Origin: Patescibacteria group bacterium UBA6241
Lineage (GTDB): Bacteria; Patescibacteriota; Minisyncoccia; Phycocordibacterales; Phycocordibacteraceae
Length of the DNA: 64,000 nt
Direction of reading: 5' to 3'
Assembly: GCA_002441425.1 (NCBI GenBank)
Contig: DJWB01000001.1
Span: 298,712-362,711, forward strand
The first letter of the stretch is position 1. Each line of letters starts with the position of its first letter. Positions 45,398 through 55,098 of the stretch are shown here, piece after piece. Below the pieces are notes generated by a model that was not told the DNA's origin, did no database searches, and saw only the letters and a program-made list of their open reading frames with translations. The translations under genes and the position numbers were made by a program.

Positions 45398-48300
45398 TTA
45401 GACGTCCGATCGGCCTTCCATAGGCTCTATATCAAGAGCAAGACCGCGGATCTGATTAGTAAGTACTGCGAACGATGCAGGAGTTCCCGCATGCGATACA
45501 GGCTCACCCTTCACGATGGCATCAAAGGTCGCAGAGCGTCCCTGAATATCATCAGACTTAATGGTGAGCATCTCACGGAGTGTGTAGGCAGCTCCATATC
45601 CAAGGAGCGCCCACACTTCCATTTCTCCAAAGCGCTGTCCTCCGTTCTGTGCCTTTCCTCCAAGCGGCTGCTGGGTGATAAGGCTGTACGGACCGATTGA
45701 GCGCATGTGGATCTTGTCCTCCACCATGTGATGCAGCTTGAGCACATACATGTAGCCCACTGATATTGGCTGCGCAAAGGCTTCTCCAGTGCGGCCATCA
45801 AAGAGCTTCATCTTGCCTGAGCGATCAAACCCTGCTGCCTCAAGCTCTCCACGAATCTCGTCAGCAGTTGCTCCTGCAAACGGAGGAACAATAGCCTGAT
45901 AGTTAAGGGTGTGTGCTGCAAGACCAAGGTGAAGCTCAAGAATCTGTCCAAGGTTCATACGTGAAGGCACACCAAGTGGAGTCAAAATGATGTCCACTGG
46001 ATTTCCGTCCTTGTCGTATGGCATGTCCTCAACAGGAAGCACGCGAGAGATAACTCCCTTGTTTCCGTGACGTCCTGCGAGCTTGTCTCCCACTGATACG
46101 TTACGAACCTGCGCTACCGTTACGACAATCTTCTTGATGATGCCGCTCTCAAGCTGGTCTCCCTGCTCGCGACTGAAGACGCGTACGCCGATAACACGGC
46201 CACGCTTTCCTCCCTCCATACGAAGTGAGGTGTCTTTCACGTCTTTCGCCTTATCTCCGAAGATAGAACGAAGGAGTCGCTCTTCAGGAGTGAGCTGCGT
46301 CTCTCCCTTAGGAGTTACCTTTCCAACGAGAATGTCTCCAGGACGTACTTCAGCTCCAATGCGCACTACTCCTTCCTCATCAAGGTTCTTCAAACGAAGT
46401 TCTCCAACGTTAGGAATGTCGTGTGTGGTTACCTCAGCACCAAGCTTGGTGTCACGCACTGCACACTCAAAGTCCTCAATGTGAACGGTGGTGAACTTAG
46501 ACTCTTCAACAAGACGCTCAGACACGATAATCGCGTCCTCATAGTTAGCGCCGCTCCAGCTCATGAATGCAACACGAACGTTCTGTCCGAGTGCCATCTG
46601 TCCCTGGTCTGATGAAGAAGCGTCTCCAAGTACGTCTCCCTTCTTAACCTTGTCTCCTGTCTTTACGATAGGACGCTGCATGAATGCAGAGTTCTGGTTG
46701 GTCTGAGTAAGACCCTGAAGCTTATACTCATGATCCTTTCCACTTGCAGGAGTAACAATAATGCGACGTGCATCTGCATATGACACAGTACCCGCTTCCT
46801 CAGCAATAATGAGACGACCTGTGTTACGTGCTGCATGTCCTTCAATACCCGTAGCAACGAGCGGTGCCTCTGGAATGAGAACCGGTGTTGCCTGCTTCTG
46901 CATGTTTGAACCCATGAGTGCACGGTTCGCATCATCATGATCCACGAAAGGAATCATCGCTGTTGCAGCTGAGAACATCTGATACGTAGACGCATCAATG
47001 TAATCAATCTCATCGCGATGAACCACAGCTGGCTCTCCTCCCTTACGAGCTTCAATAGTGTCAGGGATAATTCGTCCCTTAGCGTCAACAGGAGTTGCTG
47101 CGTGCGCTATTACATGTGACTCCTCATCAAGCGCGTTGAGGTACTCAATTTCTTCAGTAACAGTTCCCTTGGTTACCTTTGCATACGGAGTTTCAATAAC
47201 ACCGAACTCGTTCGTACGCGCATGGAGTGCGAGACGAAGGATAAGACCAATGTTTGCTCCTTCAGGAGTGTGAATTGGGCAGAGACGTCCGTAGTGCGAT
47301 GGGTGCACGTCGCGCACCTCAAAGCCTGCACGCTCGCGAGTTAGACCTCCCGGTCCAAGCGCTGAAAGCGTACGCATGTTCTCAAGCTCAGCAAGAATGT
47401 TCTGCTGATCCATGAACTGTGAGAGCTGGTTAGCAGTGAAGAACTCACGCACTGAAGCAGATAGTGGACGGGGGTTCACAAATGCCATTGGCAATGAAGT
47501 CTCAGACTCAATCGTAGACATGCGGTCCTGGATGTTTCGCTTCATGCGAGACATACCAACGCGCATACGTGCCTGGAGCAATTCTCCAACGAAACGCACA
47601 CGGCGGAAGCCGAGGTGATCAATATCGTCAGGAACAGCGTTCGGGTCCTGGTTCATGCGTGCGATCTCTCCAACGATGCGAAGAAGATCGTCCAGAGTTA
47701 GTGCGCGCTGCTCAAGTGACTTCTTGTCTGTAGGAAGAGAGAAACGAGCGTTCAAGCGATGGCGTCCAACCTTTGAGAGGTCATAGCGATCAGCAGCAAA
47801 GAGTGCGTTCACATACTGCTTTGCGTTGTCTGGGGTCGCCAAATCACCGTCGCGCATGCGGCGGTGTATTTCAACATATGCGTCCTCAACACTCTGTGCG
47901 GTGTCGTGCGCGAGTGTTGCTGTAAGTGCATTGGTTCCTACTTCGTCCCCAATGAACTTCTTTAGAATGTCTTCGCGGGTTCCAGCGCCAAATACGCTAA
48001 GAAGGTGCGTAACAGGGAATTTACGTTTGCGATCAATCTTAACGAAGATTGCACCGTCTGAATCTGATTCAATCTCAATCCATACACCACGTGCAGGAAT
48101 AATCTTCGCTCCAAAGAAGTTGCGTCCCTTAGTCTCCTCCGCAACAAAGAATGCACCGAATGAACGAGCAAGCTGAGGCACGATAGCGCGCTCAACTCCA
48201 GATACGATGAAGCTACCGTGTGGCGTCATCATCGGAATATCAGAGAGGAAAATCTCCTGAGTCTTCTCTGAACCAAAGGTCTTGTTTACGAGTGTAACTG

Positions 48301-48571
48301 AAGCCTTAAGTGGAGCTTCGTAGGTACGCATGTTCTCGCGCGCTTCCTCTTCAGTTCCTTTAGGATCACCCACCTCAAATCCGTCAAAGCGGAGTTCAAA
48401 TTTCTTTCCTGAATAATCTTGGACTGGAGAGAACTCCTTAAAGAGCTCCTTGATTCCATCGGCCAAAAGCCAATTGAAAGATTCCCGCTGGTGGCCTACC
48501 AGGTCAGGAAACTCAACACGCGGAGCGCGGTATGCGCCGAATGTCTTTGGCACGAGCTTTTTTTGCTGCAT
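45398..48571 (-). CDS. rpoB: RNA polymerase beta subunit
   Basis: QLSQFMDQ, GDKLAGRHGNKG, GGQRFGEMEVWAL. Confidence 0.98.
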   Translation of the reverse strand: MQQKKLVPKTFGAYRAPRVEFPDLVGHQRESFNWLLADGIKELFKEFSPVQDYSGKKFELRFDGFEVGDPKGTEEEARENMRTYEAPLKASVTLVNKTFGSEKTQEIFLSDIPMMTPHGSFIVSGVERAIVPQLARSFGAFFVAEETKGRNFFGAKIIPARGVWIEIESDSDGAIFVKIDRKRKFPVTHLLSVFGAGTREDILKKFIGDEVGTNALTATLAHDTAQSVEDAYVEIHRRMRDGDLATPDNAKQYVNALFAADRYDLSKVGRHRLNARFSLPTDKKSLEQRALTLDDLLRIVGEIARMNQDPNAVPDDIDHLGFRRVRFVGELLQARMRVGMSRMKRNIQDRMSTIESETSLPMAFVNPRPLSASVREFFTANQLSQFMDQQNILAELENMRTLSALGPGGLTRERAGFEVRDVHPSHYGRLCPIHTPEGANIGLILRLALHARTNEFGVIETPYAKVTKGTVTEEIEYLNALDEESHVIAHAATPVDAKGRIIPDTIEARKGGEPAVVHRDEIDYIDASTYQMFSAATAMIPFVDHDDANRALMGSNMQKQATPVLIPEAPLVATGIEGHAARNTGRLIIAEEAGTVSYADARRIIVTPASGKDHEYKLQGLTQTNQNSAFMQRPIVKTGDKVKKGDVLGDASSSDQGQMALGQNVRVAFMSWSGANYEDAIIVSERLVEESKFTTVHIEDFECAVRDTKLGAEVTTHDIPNVGELRLKNLDEEGVVRIGAEVRPGDILVGKVTPKGETQLTPEERLLRSIFGDKAKDVKDTSLRMEGGKRGRVIGVRVFSREQGDQLESGIIKKIVVTVAQVRNVSVGDKLAGRHGNKGVISRVLPVEDMPYDKDGNPVDIILTPLGVPSRMNLGQILELHLGLAAHTLNYQAIVPPFAGATADEIRGELEAAGFDRSGKMKLFDGRTGEAFAQPISVGYMYVLKLHHMVEDKIHMRSIGPYSLITQQPLGGKAQNGGQRFGEMEVWALLGYGAAYTLREMLTIKSDDIQGRSATFDAIVKGEPVSHAGTPASFAVLTNQIRGLALDIEPMEGRSDV

Positions 48572-48807
48572 GTCAGGTCTGTATTATCTGGCCCCAAACG
48601 CCAAACGGGCTCATGTATGCATGAGCCGCGTCCCTCGTTATGGAGACGCTGTTTTTAAAATCGCACTTGGTTTTCTCTTCCCCTCTATCCCCCGTTACTC
48701 AATCTCGTTCCCTAAATATACCGTGAAGACACAGAAGCGGTCAAGGTGGCTGTGGAAAGGAAAAAGCGACCCTCCGAAGAGAGCCGCTTGGGGATTGCGA
48801 GATGCAA

Positions 48808-49377
48808 TCAAGATGCGGTTCGCATGGTCCAGCGCGCGGGCAGCCGAACGAAGGGTCCCCGCGGAGCGGTCTTCATCGCGAGCCAGGTGAGGCCGGCGAT
48901 GACGACGCACCCCGAGGCCACACTGCGATCGGTGGCGACCAGATAGTGCACCAGGACCATGCCGATGATCGGCAGGCCGAGCGTGCGATAGATCCGGCCC
49001 ACGTCGCGCCAGCCGATGCGCTCGCAGGTGCACGCACCTTGCGCATAAATGGCGACCGCAGTTGCCAGCATCAGGCCGAGCGAAACCGCGAAGGTGAACA
49101 TCCCCATCCACAGACTTCCGTCGGTGGGCATGGACGCCACGCTCATGGTCAGGAACGAGAAGGCGTAGGGCGTCGGCCCCTTGCCCATATCCGTCCAGCT
49201 GCTGGCCGTGTCGGTCTGAAGGAAGAAGCACAGGAAGAGCGCCGCAATCGCGATGCCCGTCAGGATAATTCCGCTCAGATCGTCCTGGCCGATGAGAAGC
49301 GCAGCAAAGATGCCGCACGCTCCCAGAAACAGTGCATGTAGTCGCATTCTTAGATCCCCCAGGAACAATTTTGACAT
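48808..49377 (-). CDS. Orphan multi-pass membrane protein (GC-rich)
   Basis: About six hydrophobic segments; TTGACA/TATAGT promoter; start may be the MRLH ATG after GGGGGA; cUUCGg terminator near 48763-48787. Confidence 0.65.
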   Translation of the reverse strand: MSKLFLGDLRMRLHALFLGACGIFAALLIGQDDLSGIILTGIAIAALFLCFFLQTDTASSWTDMGKGPTPYAFSFLTMSVASMPTDGSLWMGMFTFAVSLGLMLATAVAIYAQGACTCERIGWRDVGRIYRTLGLPIIGMVLVHYLVATDRSVASGCVVIAGLTWLAMKTAPRGPFVRLPARWTMRTAS

Positions 49378-49479
49378 CCTGGCACAACGCCAGGTTCCCT
49401 TAAACTATAACAAATATAGGGATATTGTCAATCTTAACTCTCTGTTGTGCAATGAAAAAGGACGGAGAGATTCCGTCCT

Positions 49480-49830
49480 TTAGGCATAGCCGCTTGGGTC
49501 CTCGGGTCTCCCGAGATCGTCCCTGCGTATCTGCACTGGGCCTGTCTTCATTTGTCCCCTGAGGGTAAGCGAGTACTCCAGGTTCCCAGAGACACGTTCG
49601 CGGCAGGCAACCCACGTCTTGCGATTGAAGTCCTGAAGAACAAGCTGCACAGCAAGCTCAGTGGGTGTCTCAAACATATCCGCAAAGGCCGGGAGTATTC
49701 TCCGGAAAAGCGAGACAGGCTTGTGGATCCGTTTCAGATAGCGCTGCGTTCGCACCGCTTCCTGAATTTCTGAGACACTGCTCCAGGATTTCCCAGAGAG
49801 CGTGTCGTAGACTTCGTCAAATAAGGACAT
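49480..49830 (-). CDS. Hypothetical protein, possibly winged-helix
   Basis: SVSEIQ...LQDF...WV...YSLTLRG pattern; AAGGGGGG before ATG. Confidence 0.55.
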   Translation of the reverse strand: MSLFDEVYDTLSGKSWSSVSEIQEAVRTQRYLKRIHKPVSLFRRILPAFADMFETPTELAVQLVLQDFNRKTWVACRERVSGNLEYSLTLRGQMKTGPVQIRRDDLGRPEDPSGYA

Positions 49831-49877
49831 GGCGCCCCCCTTTCCGAGCCGATTAAACTATATAAAACGCTTTTTGA

Positions 49878-50534
49878 CTACTTCTTTCGTTTCGCTCTGA
49901 ATTCATCAATCTTGGCATGATTTCCTGTCTGTAGAACTTTAGGGACACGATAGTTCTTTCCTTCCCACTCAATATTCTCAGGACGTGTGTACACCGCAGG
50001 CGAAGCCACGCGTCTCTCCTCAACCGATTCGTCTTTCCCGAGTACTCCCGGAAGTCTACGAGTTATCGCATCAACCATCGCAAGCGCAGGAACTTCTCCT
50101 CCTGTGTACACTGCCTCACCTACGGCAAATGTCTTAACGGGTGCCATAGTCTTAAGCATCTTGAGCGCACGATCATCAATACCCTCATAACGCCCACAAA
50201 CAAATGCAACTTCGTCATAAGTGGCGAGCTGATCTGCATCTTTGTTCGTGAACTGTTTTCCAGAAGGACTGAACCAGACGATAAGCTTTGTTCCCTTTCT
50301 CCTCCCAAAGGCTTTCTTAACTGCCTTCACTACAGGGAGTGCCGTCATAACCATACCTGGACCTCCCCCGTACGGTCGCTCGTCAACTTTTCCCCATTTG
50401 TTTGTTACGAAATCTCTCGGGCTTTGATACGAGACGGAGATCTTTTTGTTTGTGCGTGCTCTGCCCAATATTGATGCAGAGAGATATGCATCACATGCTT
50501 CTGGGAAAAGTGTTATGAGATGAAATTTCAACAT
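49878..50534 (-). CDS. trmD: tRNA (guanine-N1)-methyltransferase
   Basis: ITLFPE, DERPYGGGPGMVM, CGRYEGID, TGGE. Confidence 0.95.
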   Translation of the reverse strand: MLKFHLITLFPEACDAYLSASILGRARTNKKISVSYQSPRDFVTNKWGKVDERPYGGGPGMVMTALPVVKAVKKAFGRRKGTKLIVWFSPSGKQFTNKDADQLATYDEVAFVCGRYEGIDDRALKMLKTMAPVKTFAVGEAVYTGGEVPALAMVDAITRRLPGVLGKDESVEERRVASPAVYTRPENIEWEGKNYRVPKVLQTGNHAKIDEFRAKRKK

Positions 50535-50561
50535 AAGCCAAAAAGCGGCAGAGATGCCGCT

Positions 50562-50867
50562 TTATTGTATGCCCTCAAGTGCGTCTTCAAGAGTTTTAGT
50601 ATCTTCTTGGAAGCGCTTTCCTCCTGAAGGCTCATTTATCTTTAAGTTCACGCGCGCGTTGTGCTTCATTCCTACCACACGCAATAGGGTGCGGAGTGCT
50701 TTAGCTATGTTGCCATCACGTCCAATTATCTTACCCATGTCCTCAGGAGCAACCGTGAGAGTAAGAAGTACTCCCATCTCGTCTACTGAACGGGTAATGA
50801 CTACTGCCTCCTGGTTATCAACCAGAGCTTTAATCGTGAAGTCTAGAAATGCGTGATCTTGTTCCAT
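50562..50867 (-). CDS. khpA: KH-domain RNA-binding protein
   Basis: DMGKIIGRDG; adjacent to rpsP. Confidence 0.9.
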   Translation of the reverse strand: MEQDHAFLDFTIKALVDNQEAVVITRSVDEMGVLLTLTVAPEDMGKIIGRDGNIAKALRTLLRVVGMKHNARVNLKINEPSGGKRFQEDTKTLEDALEGIQ

Positions 50868-50937
50868 AGGTCGTGTCGTTACTGAAATCGGAATATATGT
50901 GGAATGGTAATCAAGGCGCTCGTGCGCCTATACTGCA

Positions 50938-51399
50938 CTACGCAGCAACCTCTTCTTCCTTTGGCTCTTCTGGAGCCGCCTCTTCTACTGGAGTCTCCTC
51001 AGGAGTAGCTTCCTCTGCAGGTGCTTCTACAGCCTCAGCTGCTTTTGCAGCTTCAGCCTTTGCTGCCTCTTCTGCGGCTGCCTTTGCAGCTGCTTCTTCC
51101 TCAGCCTTCTTAGCTACGTTCTTCTCCAAGTTCTTCTTTGAGATAACAGCAACTTTCTCTCCTGAAAGAACACCGTTCTTGATAAGAAGGTTCTTTAGAG
51201 ATGGAGATACCTGAGCTCCCTTTGCAATCCATTCCTGGATGCGCTCTGCCTTGTAGGTAATCTGCTTAGTCTTTGGGTTGTAGGTACCCACAAGATCAAC
51301 GTACTTTCCGGCCTTAGGGCCAGCAGTCTTTTCAAGGACTGCCATACGGAAAGAGGCGTCGTTCTTACGACCAATGCGCTGGAATCGGATCATCAACAT
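50938..51399 (-). CDS. rpsP: 30S ribosomal protein S16 with Ala/Glu-rich tail
   Basis: MLMIRFQRIGRK, GTYNP, WIAKGAQ.S. Confidence 0.92.
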   Translation of the reverse strand: MLMIRFQRIGRKNDASFRMAVLEKTAGPKAGKYVDLVGTYNPKTKQITYKAERIQEWIAKGAQVSPSLKNLLIKNGVLSGEKVAVISKKNLEKNVAKKAEEEAAAKAAAEEAAKAEAAKAAEAVEAPAEEATPEETPVEEAAPEEPKEEEVAA

Positions 51400-51505
51400 A
51401 TGTAGGCGGAAGAGTACCAAAGGAATGCCTTGCCGTCAAAGAATTCCCTAATAGCTCAGTACCCTGCATAGCATAAACGTCTCAATCTGCTACAGTTCAG
51501 AGAAC

Positions 51506-53470
51506 ATGCCGATACAGAAAGACACTATCTACGAGGGCCCGATTACCATTATTAAGACCGGAAAGGGTTTCTTTTCATACGACCCAAACGAGGACGATCT
51601 CTTTATTCCTGGAGAGGGACTCGGAGGTGCCTTCCCTGGAGACACCGTTAAAGTTCAGTTTACAGGCTATGAGCTAGACCGCCGCACAGGCAAGAAGCGC
51701 CCTTCAGGACGCGTTGTTGAGGTTATAGAGCGCAACCGCGAGACCTTTGTTGGAAAGCTTTTTGAGAACAAGGAGGAGAACCTCACTATGCTCGCTCCAG
51801 ACTGGAAGAAGATGTACGTACCTTTTGTTGTTAAGGGAGAGTCGCTTCCTATTGGACATAAAGTTGTGATTCGCTTTAAGGGATGGAACAAGCATCAGCC
51901 ATACCCTTGGGGAGAACTTGAGGAGATTATCGGTCCTGCTGGAGAGCACGAGACTGAGATGCGCGCACTCGCCCTGTCTCAGGGATTCCGTTCTGACTTC
52001 CCGCCTGGCGTACAAAAGGAAGCACAGTATTTGGAAGAGCACGGCAAGCAGATGCTCAAGGATGGTGCCGATGAAGGTATCGCTGCCGGAACTCGCAAGG
52101 ATTTCCGTGATGTAACCACCTTCACCATTGACCCCTTTGACGCAAAGGATTTTGACGACGCACTCTCTGTACGCACGCTTCCAAATGGAAACGTAGAGGT
52201 AGGAGTCCACATTGCAGACGTCTCACACTTTGTACGTCCCGGTACTTCAATTGATCAGGAGGCTAGAAAGCGATCAACATCGGTATATCTCGTAGACCGC
52301 ACCATTCCGATGCTTCCTCATGTTCTCTCAACGAATCTCTGTTCCCTAAATCCAAACGAAGACCGTCTTGCAATGTCGGCCGTCTTTGAACTAGACCAGG
52401 AAGCTGGAATAGTTTCTCGTTGGTTTGGTCCCACGGTTATTCACTCAGACAAGCGCTTCACGTACGAAGATGCGCAATCTGTACTTGATCAGCAAGCAGG
52501 AGAATTACTTGAGGAGTTAAATATTCTCAAGGCGTACGCAGACAAGATTCGCGCACGCAGAACACGGAAAGGGGCTATTGCCTTTGATACTCCTGAGGTA
52601 AAGATTCTTCTTGATGAGACAGGTAAGCCAATAGAGATAGTGCTTAAGGAGCGTAGAGATACGAACCTTCTTATTGAGGACTTCATGCTTCTAGCAAATG
52701 AGGCAGTTGCGGAGTTTCTTACCTCTGAAATGAAGAAGGCGCATATTACGGGAGGGACTATATACCGTGTACATGATTCTCCAGACGCAGACCGTATAGA
52801 GAATCTCGCTCAGTTCCTTCAGGTTATGGGATACAACCTGCCTGTTGCTGCAGGAAAAGTTAAGGGAGACGATGTGAATACGCTTCTCAAGCAGGTTGAG
52901 GGAAAGCCAGAGGAATACCTCATTAAAATGGCGACACTTCGCTCTATGGCAAAGGCGGTGTACAGCACCAAGAACCTTGGACACTTTAGCCTTGCCTTTG
53001 AAGCCTACACGCACTTCACTTCCCCTATCCGCCGCTACCCCGATCTTCTTATTCACCGACTCGCCAAGCACTACACTATTAGCGCTGCATTTGGAAAGAA
53101 CGAGTACGCAGAGCTAGATCAGCTTGCTACACATGCTTCTGAGAGAGAAACTGCTGCTGTTGAGGCAGAGCGAGACTCTATAAAGATGAAGCAGGTTGAG
53201 TACATGAGCGAACACATTGGAGAAGAGTTTGCTGCAGTTATCTCAGGAGTTTCTGACAGAGGTATCTTTGTTGAACTCACAGAGAGCCGTGCTGAAGGTA
53301 TGATTCGCATTCGTGACCTTGGAGACGACTACTTCGTATATGACGAAAAGAGATATCGTATTGTTGGCGAGAAGACACAAACCGTATACGCACTTGGCGA
53401 CCCGGTTCGTGTAAAGCTGCTTGCGGCACGACTCGCTGAACGGGAACTAGATTTTGCACTCGTTGTCTAG
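51506..53470 (+). CDS. rnr: Ribonuclease R
   Basis: TIDPFDAKDFDDA, HIADVSHFV, HFTSPIRRYPDL, C-terminal S1 domain. Confidence 0.92.
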   Translation: MPIQKDTIYEGPITIIKTGKGFFSYDPNEDDLFIPGEGLGGAFPGDTVKVQFTGYELDRRTGKKRPSGRVVEVIERNRETFVGKLFENKEENLTMLAPDWKKMYVPFVVKGESLPIGHKVVIRFKGWNKHQPYPWGELEEIIGPAGEHETEMRALALSQGFRSDFPPGVQKEAQYLEEHGKQMLKDGADEGIAAGTRKDFRDVTTFTIDPFDAKDFDDALSVRTLPNGNVEVGVHIADVSHFVRPGTSIDQEARKRSTSVYLVDRTIPMLPHVLSTNLCSLNPNEDRLAMSAVFELDQEAGIVSRWFGPTVIHSDKRFTYEDAQSVLDQQAGELLEELNILKAYADKIRARRTRKGAIAFDTPEVKILLDETGKPIEIVLKERRDTNLLIEDFMLLANEAVAEFLTSEMKKAHITGGTIYRVHDSPDADRIENLAQFLQVMGYNLPVAAGKVKGDDVNTLLKQVEGKPEEYLIKMATLRSMAKAVYSTKNLGHFSLAFEAYTHFTSPIRRYPDLLIHRLAKHYTISAAFGKNEYAELDQLATHASERETAAVEAERDSIKMKQVEYMSEHIGEEFAAVISGVSDRGIFVELTESRAEGMIRIRDLGDDYFVYDEKRYRIVGEKTQTVYALGDPVRVKLLAARLAERELDFALVV

Positions 53471-53503
53471 CAAAAGCCCAAGGAAACCCTTGGGCTTTTT
53501 GCT
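53469..53503. terminator. Bidirectional terminator
   Basis: AAAAGCCCAAGG-aaac-CCTTGGGCTTTTT. Confidence 0.75.
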
Positions 53504-53525
53504 TATACTCTGGAGTAATCCCCTG

Positions 53526-53780
53526 CTAATTTATATTCTTCCGTATCCACCACCTCTTAATAGCAGGAATTGTAAGTGTTGAAAGAAGAAATCCTAAAGT
53601 TGGAATGATAGCTCCAAGATAGAAATCGGACACACCAATCACGTAGAGAGCTAAAGACGCAACTATATAAGTAATTGCCGAGACTAAAAGCTTTCTAAAA
53701 AGACTGGTCTCCCAAGCTTTGTCCGCTTCTACGCGAGCATTCCTTTCCTGTATTGCTTCAAGTTCCTTTTCAAAATCCAT
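53526..53780 (-). CDS. Small conserved-looking membrane protein
   Basis: ERNARVEADKAWETS..R and two TM helices. Confidence 0.75.
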   Translation of the reverse strand: MDFEKELEAIQERNARVEADKAWETSLFRKLLVSAITYIVASLALYVIGVSDFYLGAIIPTLGFLLSTLTIPAIKRWWIRKNIN

Positions 53781-53789
53781 ACCAGCTTC

Positions 53790-55037
53790 CTAAAGCAGCC
53801 CTCTCCCTCGCATCGCCTCTGCAATCCGTTCCAGTGCAACTGCGTATGACGCGTCTCTGAGAGAAATGCCTCGCTCAGCAGCAAAGTCTGCAACACTCTT
53901 ATATGCCTTTCGCATTGTTGTCTGCATTCCCTCCCGCACAATATCAGCGCTCCAGTAATATCCAGAACGATTCTGCACCCATTCAAAATATGAGACGGTA
54001 ACCCCGCCAGCGTTCGCAAGCACGTCCGGAATAACCACCACACCTTGTGCCGCAAGTGCTGCGTCTGCTTCTGGTGTTATAGGTCCGTTAGCTACTTCAA
54101 GAATAATGCCCGCCTGTATGCTTTCAACATTCTCTTTAGTTATTTGCTCTTCAAGCGCAGCAGGTACCAAGACATCAGCAGCAACAGACAATACTTCTTC
54201 AACAGTTCCTACCGTTACACCCTCCATGTGCGCTCCTGCATCAGGTATGTGATTCCCTGCCTCTTTAAAGGCAAGCACTTTATCCATATCAAGTCCGTCT
54301 ACTGAGGAAAGCGTCCCTTTGCTGTCTGCGATTGAAACAACGCTCATACCCATTGAGTACAGGAGATGCGCAGCCTGCCCGCCAGCGTTCCCTGCTCCTT
54401 GAACTGCTGCTGTGAGAACATCTGCCTCCAGGTGTCTGTCTTCAAGAAGTGCCTTCAGTACTTCTACTGCGCCATCTGCAGTTGCAGTGTCTCTTCCCAA
54501 AGAACCTCCCAGAGAAAGAGGCTTGCCAGTAATCATTGCTGGCTGGCTCTTGCCCGTAATACGCTCATACTCGTCTAGCATCACTCCCATAATCTCTGAG
54601 TTGGTATACACATCAGGAGCAGGAATATCTTGATCAGGACCAATGTGATCAGAGAATGCCTTTACATATTCACGCGCTAGCAAGTGAAGATCCTTTTGAG
54701 AAAGTTTCTTTGGATCAACTGCAACACCTCCCTTTGCTCCTCCAAGCGGGATACCCACAACCGCACACTTAATTGCCATCATGGCAGCGAGCGCTGACAC
54801 TTCGTCTTCATCCGCCTCAGGATGAAAGCGAATGCCTCCCTTGTAGGGTCCTCTCGCATTATTAAACTGCACGCGATATGCGGGGAATGTTCCTGTACCT
54901 CCCGCCTCAAGCGGGATAGTAAGTTCTGCTCGCAATACCCGATTAGGGGTCATGAGCTTTTTCTGAACTTCCTCCGAGAACCCAAGAAGCGTACTTGCTT
55001 TGCCTACGTTCTGTTTAAAGTATTCAAATGCTGCCAT
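53790..55037 (-). CDS. gdhA: Glu/Leu/Phe/Val (glutamate) dehydrogenase
   Basis: GPYKGGIRFHP, GGAKGG, PAPDV, EVANGP, ANAGGVTVSYFEW. Confidence 0.92.
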   Translation of the reverse strand: MAAFEYFKQNVGKASTLLGFSEEVQKKLMTPNRVLRAELTIPLEAGGTGTFPAYRVQFNNARGPYKGGIRFHPEADEDEVSALAAMMAIKCAVVGIPLGGAKGGVAVDPKKLSQKDLHLLAREYVKAFSDHIGPDQDIPAPDVYTNSEIMGVMLDEYERITGKSQPAMITGKPLSLGGSLGRDTATADGAVEVLKALLEDRHLEADVLTAAVQGAGNAGGQAAHLLYSMGMSVVSIADSKGTLSSVDGLDMDKVLAFKEAGNHIPDAGAHMEGVTVGTVEEVLSVAADVLVPAALEEQITKENVESIQAGIILEVANGPITPEADAALAAQGVVVIPDVLANAGGVTVSYFEWVQNRSGYYWSADIVREGMQTTMRKAYKSVADFAAERGISLRDASYAVALERIAEAMRGRGLL

Positions 55038-55098
55038 AGATATTTGGATTAGTACCTAAAGCATACGCCTCAAATTGCAGGCGTCCATGTGGAGAAGA

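Noticed and set aside
41595-48890. Many 60-240 aa alternative-frame and antisense ORFs over rpoBC (likewise over nrdA, uvrD, smc and dnaE)
   Set aside because: Shadows of strongly conserved genes, without motifs of their own.
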